Origin: Dictyostelium discoideum
Lineage: Eukaryota
NCBI GenBank assembly: GCA_000004695.1
Contig: CM000151.3
Span: forward strand, 2,144,001 to 2,208,000
DNA length: 64,000 nucleotides
Direction of reading: 5' to 3'
Shown here: one piece after another, positions 29,913-44,196 of the stretch
How the letters are laid out: every line of letters begins with the position of its first letter
Position numbering within the stretch: position 1 is the first letter of the stretch
Notes under the pieces: model-generated
Databases searched by the model: none
What the model was told of the DNA's origin: nothing
The model's input: the letters and a program-made list of their open reading frames with translations, nothing else
Translations under genes and position numbers: made by a program

Positions 29913-31703
29913 TTAAACATATCCACCTTGGTTACCGAAAATTGATTGAATTTGAGTATTGTATTGATTAATTTCACCTAACCATTCTGGTTTATCTTGA
30001 GCGATTTGGTTATAGAAAACTCCGGCCATTAAGTAATTTGCAATTTGGTTTGGATGGAAACCATCAATTGGTTCTATAATAGGAAAAATTAAAAAAAAAA
30101 AAAAAAAGTTAGTATTAACTTTATTTAAAATTATTATTATTATTATTATTAAAACTTACCAATAAGATCATAAGTTTGACCACCTTGAGCAACCCACATT
30201 TCATTAATAGTTGCGAATGGGAAATCGTAATAAATCATATCGAAATTATTAAAAGTATAATTTTTAATGAGTTGATTATAAACGAGAGATAATTGAGCAG
30301 CACGATTACTGGTATAATCACGAACTGTTTCATTTGGATTCATCCAACCCCAACATGGACTTACTTGAATACAATTTAAGAAATCATAAACCTCTTCATA
30401 TGTACAACCGAGTGGATGTGTTCTATTCCATAAACTATCCCAAAGTACTCTACCATCAGCTAAACCAACAAAAACGACATGTGAACCTTTTGGTAAAGTT
30501 GTTTCTAAATAATTTAAGATTGTTAAAATGTTTTCACCAAATTCTTCTACGGTAGTCATTGAATCATAATCATGATGACCACTACAAACATCGTTACCAA
30601 TGAGTTCGAGGAATAATAAAACTGGTTTATCAGTGTTTTGGTTACGGTTAATGGTTTGAATGATGGTTCTTGTACTTGATGAGCTAGCACCATTTACACC
30701 TAAATTTTGGTAATCTCTATGATTACATAAATTTCTTTCTCTCATTCTGAGATACATTGAATCTACGTTTGGTGCAGATGTATCCCAACCAGTGTAACAT
30801 GATCTCATTGGCCAATCGACTTCAGTCTCTAAAATGTCAATCATTCCTTTGTAAGTGGTGGAATTAATATCTCTTGCTGTCATCCATTGTGGTGGAATTG
30901 AGAAATGTGCACCTGCTGAATCACCAGAAACAATTACACCCATTGCACCAGAGTTGGAACAAAATAATTCTTCATATGATTGTGATTGATTATTGACACC
31001 AAAAATACCATTACAATTCTTATCAACACTTGCATCACCTGTACCTTCAATTGTACCTGGATATGATGATTTATCAAAATCATTACAATCTTTACCTCTC
31101 CAATTATAACCTCTAAAAGTTGCTTCAACTAAAAAAATAAAAAAATAAAAAAAATAATAAAAAAAATAATAATTAAATATTTAAAATTAGTAAATTAATT
31201 TAAAAATAGAATTAAAATAAAACTAAAATAAAATACATACGTGAATGATGATCACCATCAAAATCTTGAATTGGTAAATGTTCAGATGAAAAGACTTTAA
31301 TTAATTCTTGAATCCAAGCCCATGGACTACCTCCAACTTTTGGATCTTCTTTGTTATATTCTTGATGAACATGATCTGGATTATAGAATTTAGATGGTGC
31401 ACTTGTGAATAATCTACAAGTTGGTGATGTACAAACGTTCATTGCATGACATACATCATCAGCATTTTGGTATTGATCAAAGTATGAAATGATTTGTTCA
31501 CCATAAGTATTAACTAACCATGTACAAAGTGAACCAGCTTCATCTGGGAAAAATGAACATAATTCATCTAATGAATCTTCAATTGATTTATTATGAATAC
31601 CTGAATATTGGTTAACTAAACTTAATACCTTTTTTTTTTTTTTTTTAATTTTTTTTTTTTTTTTTTTTTTTTCGAAAATGGAAAAAAAGTGATTAGAAGA
31701 TAT

Positions 31704-31742
<39 letters not shown>

Positions 31743-31949
31743 CAAAAATGATAATAATTAATTAATTCTTACAATTGTACATGCAGCACAGTGTGTACCA
31801 CCATTAGCTGATTTTACATCATTTGAAATAAATTCTTCAAATTTATTTTTTATTTCCAATGATTTTCCATTTACTGGAATGTTTACGGCAGTAGTAAAAT
31901 TAATTAAAACTGATAATACTATAAATAATAATACAAATACAGATTTCAT
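29913..31949 (-). CDS. Acyloxyacyl hydrolase (AOAH) homolog: signal peptide, saposin-like domain, GDSL lipase domain; 4 exons (approx. 31773..31949, 31241..31628, 30160..31128, 29913..30073), ~564 aa
   Basis: Signal peptide MKSVFVLLFIVLSVL. A saposin-like Cys pattern follows (CAACTIV...LCSFFPDEAGSLCTWLVNTYGEQIISYF...VCHAMNVCTS). The GDSL block VIVSGDSAGAHFSIPPQW matches the AOAH active-site region. Downstream are ELIGNDVCSGHH and DGFHPNQ. Donors are gtaaga, gtatgt and gtaagt. The exon 1 and exon 2 boundaries are less certain. Confidence 0.7.
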
Positions 31950-32581
31950 TCTTTATTTTATTTTTTATTTTTTATTTTTTTTTTATTTCACTTAATAAAA
32001 TAAAAGTTTAGAAAATATGATTAAAAAAAAAAAAAAAATAAAAAATAAAAATGGGACTGCTGGAGTTTGTGAAAAAATGAAAAAATAAAAAATAAAAAAA
32101 TAAAAAATAAAAAATAAAAAATAAAAAATAAAAAAAAAAAAAAAGAGGAGAAATTTGGAAAATATCTAACGTCTCCCCAAAAATAAATAAAAAAAAAAAA
32201 AATAAAAAAATAAATTAAAAAAACAGTATCTTTTTTCGAGTGGGAATTTTATTTAGAAATTTCGAAAATCAAAGCAATGCAATGTCATATTCAGCTCAAT
32301 TGGCAAGAGTATCTCGATTAATAATTGTAATTAATAAATACCATGATTTTCAAAAAAAAAAAAAAAAAAAAAGTTAATAAAAAAAAAAAGAATAAAAAAA
32401 AAAAAAAGATGAAAATAAAAAAAGTTGGATTTATGATATTTTTGGTTTGAAATTTGTGGGCTATTTTTATATTTTTTTTTTTTACTTTTTTTTTTTTTTG
32501 TTTTTATTTTATTATTTATTTATATTAAGTAAAAAAAAAAAAAAAATAGATTTATATATATATTGTTTTTTTTTTTATAAC

Positions 32582-33669
32582 CTATTTTGGTAAAGTTTGT
32601 AATAAATCATTCAATTGTAAAATACTAGTTCCATTTCCACCACAAACGATTGTTAAAATATTTTTTGAATTTATATCTAAAAGTGTTGATAATTTTTTTG
32701 AATAGAGTACAGATAATGTTGCACCACAAGATGGTTCTACTAAGATTCTTTCATCATCAACAAATTTTAAACAAGCATCTACAGCATCTCTATCAGTGAC
32801 TAAAATTGGTTTAATATTAAATCTTTTTGAAATTTCCCAAGCTTCACTACAAACTGAACGAGTTGATAAGGTTTTAATTACACTTGTAACCTCTGATACA
32901 TCCAATTTTGTCAATTGTTTCTCTTGAAAACTTTTCCAAAAACTATGACTACCAACAGTTTCAACAGTAACAATTGGTATATCATTCCAACCATATCTAT
33001 CTAAACCTTGTAAAATACCAATCATCATACCACCACCACCAACTGAAAATAAAATTACATCTGGTTTTTCACAAACACCATTTTGAACATCTTGATAGAT
33101 TTCATCAATCATTGTGGAATGACCCTCCCAAAGTAATGGATGATCGAATGGATGGATATAACAATCTGTACAACCTTCTTTCTCTGCCAATTCCAATGCA
33201 AATGTATTTGCTTCATCCCAAATAGTACCATGTACAATTACATTTGCTCCTTCATCTTTAATCTTTTCAATTGTTGCCTCTGGTATAGTATTTGGTAAAA
33301 CTATCGTTGTCTTTACATTTAATTTTCTACCTGCATATGCAACACTTTTACCTGCATTACCTCCTGATGAACAAATAAAATGAGCTTCTTCATTTTTTGA
33401 TTTTTTTTCTTTTAAAAGTTGATTACACTTTTTTTTTTTTAAAAAATAATTTCGGAAAAATAAAAAATAAAAAAAAATAAATAAATTATTTGAATAATTA
33501 ATTTTCCATCTTTTTTTTTTTTTTTTTTTTTTAAATAAAAAAAAATACATACGAGAAGGCCTACTCCACGGATTTTGAATGAGCCTGATGGTTGAAGTGC
33601 ATCTACTTTCATCCATACTTTTGCATTTTCTTCTTTAAATAATTTTGATAAAGCCAATGATTCCAACAT
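32582..33669 (-). CDS. L-serine/L-threonine dehydratase (PLP-dependent, SDS-like), ~320 aa; exons 33553..33669 and 32582..33427
   Basis: Exon 1 carries the PLP-lysine motif SGSFKIRG and ends at donor gtatgt. Exon 2 starts CNQLLKEKKSKNEEAHFICSSGGNAG and contains GATVKVHG-like, PFDHPLLWEGHSTMIDEI and SVGGGGMMIGI. It is colinear with human SDS. Confidence 0.85.
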
Positions 33670-34148
33670 TGGAGAATTTATATGTAATGGAGGTGAAGTT
33701 TTGGTATTTCTATTTGAATTTTATTTATTTATTTATTTTTATTATTTTTTATTTTTTTTTTTTTAGAAATAAAATTAATAATCATAACAATCAAAAAAAA
33801 AAAAAATAAAAAAAAAAAATAAAATAAATAAAATAAAAGAAATTAATAAAATAAAATAAATCTTAAAATTACATTATTTTATCAAATGAAGAATCTGGTG
33901 AAATAGTTGTTTTAAGACCCATTTTATTATTATTTTTTTTTAAAAGAGATTGTTTGTATGTGTATTTTCTAAAAAATCGAAAGTGATTAGTTGTGTTTTG
34001 TGAATTTTTTTTTTTTTTTTTTTTTGATTTTTTTTTTTTTTTGCACCTTATGGATATTCTTTTTATACTGAATTTTTTTTTTATTTTTTTTTTTTTTTGA
34101 AATTTACGTCAAGCAGACCTGTGGGAAATTAAAAAGCAATCAATTTAT

Positions 34149-34181
<33 letters not shown>

Positions 34182-34486
34182 AAAATATTTTATTAAATAT
34201 CTATTTTTTATCTTTAATGTCAGAGATCAGTATTTTTATCCATTTAAATAAAAAATTGTTTTATTTTTTTTTTTCCAAAAAAAAAAATTATTATTATTAA
34301 TATTTTATTATTAATATTTTTTTTTATTTTTAGATTTTTTTTTTTTATTTATTTTTTTTTTTTCTATTTTTGGTGTATACATGATTATTTAATATATTGA
34401 AAAAAGGGAAAATGGAGGAGTTGGATTATTGAAAAGGGGGGGTTGAGTGGTGGTTGTTTGAATAATAAATTAAAAAATTAAAAAAT

Positions 34487-35119
34487 TTATGATTGCATTT
34501 TAGTTGTAGTTAATTGTTCAATTTTTTCAGCATTATTTTTAATTCTCTCTTGTAATTTATTCAAAGCGGATGGACCTCTAATGAGAGAAAGATTTTGATT
34601 GATTTCCTTAAGTTTTTGTTTCTTTTGCATTCCTTTAACACCCTCCATTCTGTTCTTGTAGAAAGTTTTCTCTCTACGTTCTTTAATTTTTTGTACTCTT
34701 GCCATTGCAATAATGGTATTATTGATTAATTCTCTATCATATTTAACTGGTCTATTACGTTTCTTTTCAAATTCTAATGTCTTATCAACAGTCATTTCCT
34801 TTCCATTTAACTTTCTAAATGCTTTAGTCCATCTAGTCTTTCTTGGATTACGTTTTAATTTAAAGTTTTTATGACATTTTGATCTACAGAAACGGAATTG
34901 CTAAAAAAATAATAATAAAAAGAAATTAATAAAAAATTAATATATTTTTTAATTTATTTATTCTTGCTTTTTTCACAATTTTTATTTTATTTTATTTTTG
35001 ATAATTTGTTTAATTATTTTTATTTATTTGATACAAACTTTACAATCATTTCTAACAAACATAACACCATGACCTGGATATACTGGTCCACTACAGAAAT
35101 AACACTTTTCGATTCTCAT
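34487..35119 (-). CDS. Ribosome biogenesis protein RLP24 (RSL24D1), ~164 aa; exons 35039..35119 and 34487..34900
   Basis: Exon 1 [27 protein letters not shown] has the TRASH-type zinc-binding start of RLP24 and donor gtttgt. Exon 2 (acceptor ttttttag) reads [30 protein letters not shown]...[23 protein letters not shown].., colinear with human RSL24D1. Confidence 0.8.
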
Positions 35120-35658
35120 CTTTTTTTATGTGTATATATGTGTTAAAAAAAAAATAATAATAAAAAAAAAAAAAAAAAAAAAAATTTTTAAAAAAGCGAA
35201 TTTTTTTCGATGCCTCGTTTTTTTTTTTTTTTTTAATTATTTTTTTTTTTATTTTTTATTTTTTTTTTCGTTTTAATTTTTTTTATTTTTAAATTTTTTT
35301 TTTTTTTTTTTTTAATTTCGACATTCTTGATTTACAAATTCGGGATTCCAGTTTTGACTGCAAAAAAAAAAAAAAAAAAAAAAAAAAAATAGATAATATA
35401 TACCAACAAAATAATTTATCGATTGTTTTTTATCTAATAATACAGGTTAATTAAATTAACTTTTCGACCTTGGTTAAAAAAAAAACAGGATGTTAATTAA
35501 AAAAAAAAAAAAAAAAAAAAATTGAACTAAAATTGAGAAATAAAAAAAAAAAATAATAATGATATAACCCCATTCAACTAATGAGATTGAGTTAATAGAT
35601 TCTATAATCAATTTGGTAATTAATAATTTCCATATTCACTCTTGGAATATCAATTCAC

Positions 35659-35894
35659 TATTTATTATTTTTATTCAAGTTATTTACCACCAAATTTATT
35701 AAGAAGTATTTTATTGCTATGAATCTTTTTTCTTAACATGAATGCTGCAATTATTAAAGCACAACCAACAACAGGTACAGTGACAGCAACTGGAATTAAC
35801 CAAGGTTTTTTATTTTCTTTGCCACATGAATCTGATGACTTAAAATCTGAATTAATAATAACTGAAAAATCTAAAAATAAAAAAAATCAGTATA

Positions 35895-35925
<31 letters not shown>

Positions 35926-38900
35926 GATAAAAATTTATAAATACCTGGATCTAATAAACATTGATTACAATGAGGCATATCAAGTGAAATTAAAACTTTT
36001 TTATCATCTTTTGAAATTATTTTAGTGATTGTTGTTGTTGGTCTACCATCTGATAACATTTTATCTTGGAATCTACCATAAAGTGTTTTACCATTTTTAC
36101 TAATTTTAAGATAATTAACATTTTGTAAATTATTACTATTTGGTGATGTTTCTACATTTGTATGTTCACTATCTATACAATTATTAATTTTACCTTCAGT
36201 AGTTGAAATATCAGATGACATTTGGATTTGTAAAGTGTTTAGATTACTTTTATAATTCCAATTTGAAACTGATAATGAAAGTTTAAAACCATCTTTACTA
36301 ACTGTGAATTGATTACCTGCAAATGTAAATTCTTTACCATTGTTACTTTCAATATTTTCAATTGTCATTATAATGGTTGCATTATTAACAATTTGAGAAA
36401 ATGTTGAAATTAAAGAACCTGAACCAGTTAGGTTATTTGTAGTATTTGTAATTTTCCAACCACTTTTAAGATTGATTAAAGAGTTTGGTACTTGATTATT
36501 ATTTAAATCAATTTCAGCAATTGAATCAATATAAATTAAATATACAGTATCTTCATTTATAATGGTAGTTGTGCCGTCGGGATTTACCTTTGTTTCAGTT
36601 GGTGGTTTTGATTCACCAACATCCTTTGTTAAACAATCAAGACCAATGAAACCAGAATTACATTTACATTCACCATTTGAATTACAATTACCATTACCAC
36701 TACAATTATTTAAACAATTAATAGTTGATTCTGAATATGGATAAATTGAACCAGACCATGTAATATTATTTTGAATGATTTCAATATTCTTTAAACCAAC
36801 ACCTGGTGGGATTGAAATAACTATTGTTTCATTATCAATTGAGTTTATTGGTATTATTTCATTATCAAATGAAAATTGGAAATATTTATGAACATCACCG
36901 AAAAAACCTGATATTGAAATGTTACCACCAGAAGTGGATGGTACCTTACTTGATGACGATACATAATGATATGGAATTGTACAAATTTCATTGTCTAAGC
37001 TTGTCCATTTATTATTACATGTACATTGTTTAGTAGTTTCATTACAATATCCATTTTCAGGTTGAAGGTATGGATTAATTAAACCGGACCATGTTATACC
37101 ATTTTGGGTTACTTCAGTTTTTACAAAACCGAATCCTTTACCAATTTGAGCATAGATTGTATTTGAATTAATTGAATCTATAAGGGAGCTAACACCATTA
37201 AAGGAAACAGAAATACCCAAATGAATATCACCAAACCAACCATATAATTTGATTGCACCACCAGATTCGACTGGAACTTTGGTTGAGTTTGTTACATTAT
37301 GAATTGGGATTAAACAATCCTCACTAGTCCATTCTTTAAAACATGCACAAACACCCATATGATCATTACAAATTCCATTTGAATTACAAGTTGGATTTTT
37401 ACATGGAACAGGAGTATGAATTAAATTAAAGTAGGTTGTTGTACTTTTATCTTCAACCATAACTGTAAATGATTTATTACCATAGTCAACAATTGGATAA
37501 TTAATATCACAAATTATTTTATAGAATGTAGTTGATTTAACAATACAATCATTATTACCGATCTTAACATTTACAACTGATTTATCATAAGAATAATATT
37601 GACCAGTGATTTCAAATGTTGCATTATTTTGAATGATCGTATCGATTTGTGGTGCATTACCTGCGATTGAAACTGTGAAATTAATTCCTGGTATTAAAAA
37701 TCTAATTTGAATAATATCATATTGATTACTAGCAACACTAAAATATCCTGAAAAACTATCATTTAAATTATTTGAACTAAATTTAATTTCAGGATATGTT
37801 ACAATATTATCTAAATTTGTTCCAATATTTTTTCCAATTAATGTAACTCGTGTTGATGATAAATTTAAAAATTTATAAACATTTATTTGACCTTTTTTTT
37901 TTTTTTTTTTTTTTTTAAAAAATATAAAAATAAAAATTAGTTATTTTTTAAAAATTATATAAAATTAGTTAATTATTATTCTATTCAAACTTACCATCAT
38001 TACAAGTTGAAGTTAAATTATAATTTGAAAAATTATTACCAACTAATCTTCTTTGATATGTTGGATCTTGTAAATAACAATAATAGCAATCTGGTAAAGA
38101 TCCTGATAATAAATTATTTGAAACATCTAAACTAATTGAACACCATGATTCATCGATACTACCAGTTAGTTTGTTATTACTTAAAGTAGCAGTTTGAGTG
38201 AATGCTGATTTTTGTAATGTATCTTTTACAGATGGAAGATTACCACCAATTTCAGAATTTGATAATGAAAATTGTTGGGCTCTTTGAAAAATTGATAGAT
38301 CTGGTAATGTTGAAAAGTTTCCATTTTCAACTATAAAGTTACTACATGTACCTGTTGGTAATTTTGAAAATGGGAAATTACCATTAATATTGAATTTTTT
38401 ACCAGCATTTTTTAAAGAAAATGAAACAAGTGTTTGATTACTATTTGATAAATCAATATAATCAGCTGGTGGACCCCAATTTCCTTGTGTAAAATATCTA
38501 CATTTATTATTATAATTATTATTTTTATTATTATTATTCAAGATAACTTTTTGAAAAAAAAAAAAAATTAAATTAAATAAAAAACTTACATAGTACCCCA
38601 CATTGGATTAATAATATTAGAAAATTCAGTTGGGAAATTTAAAGGATTTGAATTTGAAAAACCCATTCCTATGTAAGTTAATTTACTAAAAGATAGAATG
38701 TTCACTAATGAAGATTGATTAAAATCATTTCCTAAATTGAAGCTTAAAGTCCTTAGAAAAGAAAGTGATGATACATCAGGTATATTTTTAGTATTAAAAA
38801 ATAATGATGAGAGTTTATTACCACTTTGATCACCATCAATTTCAATATCACATATTGCTCCCAAAACAGTGCTTTTTATTTATTTTTTTTTTTTAAAAAG

Positions 38901-39528
38901 AAAATATAAAAAATTGGGATTAATTAATTATATCTAATTGTTTTTTTTTTTTTTTTTTACCAAAAAATTTTAAAAAAAAAAAAAAAAAAAATTTATTAAA
39001 TAAAAATAAACTTACAAACTTGTTACATCTTTCAAATAAGATGCTTTAATATTCATGTGACTATTAATTCCTTCTCCTTGAAAATTAATATAAACATTAT
39101 CATATTTTGGAAGGACTTTATCAAATTCAAAGTATAGTTTATTGTGAATTGATAAATAGCCTATTGAGGGAATTGGAAAGTATGCAAAATTTTGATCTAC
39201 CGAAACTTCTGCCATATATAAATAGTAAAGTTTAGTGAACCCATTAAAATCACTCCAACTTAAAATTTCATTTGTTGTGGATCTCAATGTCCTAAAAAAT
39301 AAAAACAAAAGGAAAAAAAAAAAAAAAGTTAAAAAATACTACTAAATTGAAATTAATTTCTTGTTTTAAACATACAAAGATTCTAAATTTCCGTTGGAAT
39401 TACACCTTGAACCAAAAAATACCCCACTACATATTATTGTTTCAATGTTTGGTATATTAAGTTTTGTGTCATTAACTTTTTGAATAATACTATAAAGATA
39501 TGGTACTTTTTTTAATTTTTAAAATCAG

Positions 39529-39564
<36 letters not shown>

Positions 39565-39684
39565 ATAATAAATATAAAAATAATTATAATAATAGTTACC
39601 CTCTTCAGAAACAAGATCAACAGAGTTTACAAAAGATATAAATGAAATCAAAAGGATAATTAATATTGGTAAATTGTATTTCAT
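35659..39684 (-). CDS. Large signal-peptide / LRR-like / IPT-TIG-like / EGF-like single-pass membrane glycoprotein, family copy 1; ~8 exons; main exon 35945..37891, last exon 35659..35870
   Basis: Signal peptide MKYNLPILIILLISFISFVNS starts at 39684. LRR-like ORFs lie at 39012..39308, 38586..38864 and 37981..38601 (GNLPSVKDTLQ..LSNNKLTGSIDESWCSISLDVSNNLLSGSLPDCYYCY). The main exon has Ig-like beta-rich repeats and EGF-like Cys clusters (CSGNGNCNSNGECKCNSGFIGLDC). Donor gtattt follows ..LLDPG. The final exon encodes a TM helix (WLIPVAVTVPVVGCALIIAAFML) and a short tail. The 5' exon boundaries are approximate. Confidence 0.6.
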
Positions 39685-39949
39685 TTTTTGTGTAATTTTT
39701 TTTTTTTGAAGTTTTCTGCTTTTGTTTTTTCTTTTTTTCTTTTTTCGAAACCAATCATATTCTAAAAAAAAAAAAAAAAAAGAAGAAAAAATTAAAACAC
39801 TGTTTTTTTTTTAGATTTTTTGTTTTTTTTTATTTTTTTTTAGATTTTTTTTGATATTTTTTTTTTTTTTATTTTATTTTTATTTTTTTTTTAATTTTAT
39901 TTTTTATGGTTTTCAAAATTTTTTTTTTTTAGACTTAAGTACTCTATTT

Positions 39950-40001
39950 TGGGAGGTCTTTTTTTTTTTTGAAGAGACAAACCTTTGGAATTTGAACGGT
40001 T

Positions 40002-40039
<38 letters not shown>

Positions 40040-40269
40040 AAAATAATAAAAAGAATTAAGTAAAAAAAAAAAAAAAAAATAAAGTTAAAATATAAAATAA
40101 TAAAAACAATTGTTTTTGATCATCAAACCCCTTAAATACACAATTCCTTATTTTTTTATTTTTTATTTTTTTTTTATAATTAATTTCTTGAAAATTTGAT
40201 AATAATAATTTTATAAAAAAAAAAATTTGGGAGTTTTTTTTTTTGAAGACCACCTTTGGAATTTGAAAT

Positions 40270-40319
<50 letters not shown>

Positions 40320-40400
40320 AATAAATAGTTAAAATATTAATAATTTTATTATTTTCCAAAAACAATTTCTTTTGATTATCAAACCCTTGTTTCTCAAATT
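39950..40400. repeat. About 265-bp tandemly repeated intergenic unit between family copies 1 and 2
   Basis: ttgggag..tttttttttgaaga..ca..cctttggaatttgaa occurs at 39957 and 40228. gat[c/t]atcaaaccc..t occurs at 40115 and 40373. Confidence 0.4.
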
Positions 40401-40423
40401 TTTTTATATTTTTTTAGGGTCTT

Positions 40424-42817
40424 TTATTTTAAATTATTCATTCTTTTTTTTTCTAAATTTCTTAATAAAAATGCAATTATTAAAGCACAACCAATAACAG
40501 GTACAGTGACAGCAACCGGAATTAACCAAGATTTTTTATTTTCTTTACCACACGAATCTGATGATTTAAAATCTGAATTAATAATAACTGAAAAATCTAA
40601 AAATAAATAAAGCAATAAAAAATTAATATGAAAAAAAAAATATAAAAAAAATAAAAAAAAAAATTTATAAATACCTGGATCCAATAAACATTGATTACAA
40701 TGAGGCATATCAAGTGAAATTAAAACTTTTTTATCATCTTTTGAAATTATTTTAGTGATTGTTGTTGTTGGTCTACCATCTGATAACATTTTATCTTGGA
40801 ATCTACCATAAAGTGTTTTACCATTTTACTAATTTTAAGATAATTAACATTTTGTAAATTATTACTATTTGATGATGTTTCTACATTTGTATGTTCACTA
40901 TCTGTACACTTATTAATTTTATCACTTTCAGTGGTTGAAATATCAGATGACATTTGAATTTGTAAAGTGTTTAAATTACTTTTATAATTCCAATTTGAAA
41001 CTGATAATGAAAGTTTAAAACCATCTTTACTTACAGTAAATTGGTTACCAGCAAATGTAAATTCTTTTCCATTATTACTTTCAATATTTTCAATTGTCAT
41101 TATAATTAAAACATTATTAATATTTTGATAGAAATTGGTAATTGATGAGTTAGAAGTACTATTATCAAATTTCCAACCATTTTTAAGATTAATTAAACAG
41201 TTTGGTACTTGATTATTATTAAAATCAATTTCGGCAATTGAATTAATATAAATTAAATATACAGTATCTTCATTTGTAATGGTAGTCGTACCATTAGGAT
41301 TTATTATTACATGAGTTGGTGGTGTTGGTGACCCTGAATCTTTATTTGTTGAACAATCAAGACCAATATAATTATCATTACATTTACATTCACCATTTGA
41401 ATTGCAGTTTCCATTACCACTACAATTATTTAAGAATTTAATAGTTGATTCTGAATATGGATAAATTGAACCAGACCATGTAATATTATTTTGAATTATT
41501 TCAATACTCCTTGAACCAACACCTGGTGGAATGGTAATTACTATTGTTTCATTATCAATTGATTCAATTATTACTTGTTTATTATTTAATAATACTATAG
41601 GATCATCATGAACATCACCAAACCAACCTGATAAGGTAATATTACCACCAATGTTTGATTGTACAGTACTCGATGATGATAAATAATGATTTGGTATTAA
41701 ACATGGAGAGTATGGATTTAACCTTGTCCATTTACTATAACAATAACAAGACTTGGTTATATCATCACAATAACCATTGATTATTGTTGTGTTTAATAAA
41801 GATAGGGGAAATGTTGTATTATGTCCATTAACTTTTAAATAACCTTTTGAAGAAATACCACCATATACAAATATAGGAATATTAATTTTACATATTATTT
41901 TATCAAATGTACAATATTCAACAATACAATTTAAAATTTCTTTACCATTATCAATTTCAACACTAATTCCAGATTTATCATATGAAAAGTATTCATCATA
42001 AATAAAAATAGTGTCAGCCCCAAATGAATTTGCATTTACTATTGGTGGGCTATTTTTCAATGAAATTGTGAAATTAATACCTGGTACTAAAAATCTAACT
42101 TGAATAATATCATATTTCCATTTACAAATATTCCACTAAAACTATCATTTAAATTGTTTTTTTGAAAAACTATTTCAGGATATGTTACAATATTTATTAA
42201 ATTGAATCCAATATTTTTTCCCATTAATACAACTCCAATATCATTAACAATAATTTTATAAACTGATATTTGTTATATATATATATAATTATTTAAATTA
42301 GTGTTGTCAATTATTTTAAAAAATAATGAAAAAAAAAAACAAACATACCATAGGTACAAGTTGCATTTGTATTGTAATTTGTAATTTATTAAAAGAATAT
42401 TATGATTGATACATAGGGTCATTTTGATAACAATATTTACAATCTGGCAATTGGCCAGTTAATAAATTATTTGAAATATCTAAACTTATTGAGCACCATG
42501 ATTCATTGATGAGAAAATTATTATTTAATGAAGCAAATACAGTAGATTTTGATTTTTGTAGTGAATATTTTACAGATGGAAGATTACCACCAATTCCTAA
42601 ATTTTTTAATGAAATACCTGTACAAGATTCAAATAATTTCATATCTGGTAGTTTGGTATAATCCATAAATAATTCCAAATGAAAGACATGAATTTCCAGG
42701 TAATTTTATACCAATTGGTATACTTCCATTTATATTAAAATAGCAACAATTGTTGTAGGGAATTTTTTTTGAAATTTCGCTTTCTAAACGGCAGTGAATT
42801 TTTACACTAAAATACAC
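40424..42817 (-). pseudogene. Truncated, frameshifted tandem paralog (family copy 2) of the membrane glycoprotein gene
   Basis: The 3' 380 bp (40440-40820) is nearly identical to copy 1 (35700-36080). A 1-bp T deletion near 40820 shifts the frame, so ORFs 40424..40789 and 40747..42060 overlap. The region 42060-42400 shows deletions relative to copy 1. Only part of the LRR region survives (42400..42817). No signal-peptide exon lies upstream. Confidence 0.55.
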
Positions 42818-42845
42818 TGTTTATGCATGGTGTAAAAATTCACTA
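42792..42845. repeat. Isolated stem-loop: 15-16-bp inverted repeat with a 22-nt loop in an otherwise AT-rich spacer
   Basis: cagtgaatttttacac (42792-42807) pairs with gtgtaaaaattcacta (42830-42845). The local G+C is above the surrounding background. Confidence 0.5.
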
Positions 42846-42967
42846 AATTTTTTTTTTTTTTATAATTAAATTAAAAAACAATTTATTTAATCAGAACAAT
42901 AAAAAACCAATTTTATTCAGTTATTTGCTTGTTATTTATTTTTTTATAACAAAAAAATTTAGTTGGT

Positions 42968-43019
<52 letters not shown>

Positions 43020-43266
43020 CAATTATTTTTTTCAATTTTTTATTTTATCAATTGTTTCATTTTTGGGGAATAAAATAAAATTGTTTTTATTGAAAAAAAT
43101 TATTAAAAAAAAAAAAAAAAAAAAAAAATTGATAGTTTATATTTTAATTATAATATTCATTATTGTTTATATAATTATTTTTAGTATTTATATTATTTAT
43201 AATTATAAACTCGAGTTAATATTAAATAAGCGAATTAAGACACTAATTATAGTTGACCCACATTTA

Positions 43267-43305
<39 letters not shown>

Positions 43306-43695
43306 TCTATTAACTTATTTTTGTGTCTTCGTTACATAAAAAAAAAATGAAAAAAAAAAATGAAAAAAAAAAAATGAAAAAAAATAAAAAAAATGAAAAA
43401 TAAAAAAAAATAAAAAAAAAAAAAAAAAAAAAATTGGCTCAAATCTAACAATTTAAATTGTTATTTAATTCTTAAACAACAAATAATTGTTTAAAATTAG
43501 TTTTTTTTGATTAAATAAATTGTTTTTAATTTATAAAAAAAAAAAAAAAAATTTTAGTGAGTTTTTACAATTGTAAATAATAAAACCTTTTAATTTAAGC
43601 TGATATTAAAATAATAAATGGTGGATAAAAAAAAAAAAACTGTTTTGGTGGTGAAGATGAATTGATTTTGTAGTTTGCCAATTTTAAATAATTTT

Positions 43696-43726
<31 letters not shown>

Positions 43727-43842
43727 TTTTAATAGAGAGATATAAGAGAGATATGTTAATTATAATAATAATTGGGTTGAAAAAACCATTGATTTTTTTA
43801 ATTTTCTTTTTCTTTTGTAGTTTGCCAATTTTAAATAATTTT

Positions 43843-43878
<36 letters not shown>

Positions 43879-44196
43879 GTTTTTTTTTTTTTTTTTTTTC
43901 TTCATTTAATAACATTCTCTTTTTTTTTTAAAAAATAATATAAATTATAACTTTAAATAAAAATAAATAAATATATTTTAAAATGGCTGAATTGAAAATT
44001 ACATTAATTAATGAAGATGGGGAATCAACAATAAGTGGTAAAGGTAAATTAATTGAAATTATTAATTTCTAAATATTTAATTTTTATTTATATAAATTTA
44101 AAAATCTTACATTTCATTCCATTAATTTCCTCTTCCTTTTTTTAAAAATATAGCTAGTCAAATACCAGCCCCCCCACTTTTCCACCACCATATTTT

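Noticed and set aside
43660-43870. Two copies of ttgtagtttgccaattttaaataattttaatttttttt about 150 bp apart. I considered whether this could be a CRISPR-like array.
   Set aside because: There are only two copies. The genome is eukaryotic and there is no cas context. This is a simple local duplication in low-complexity DNA.
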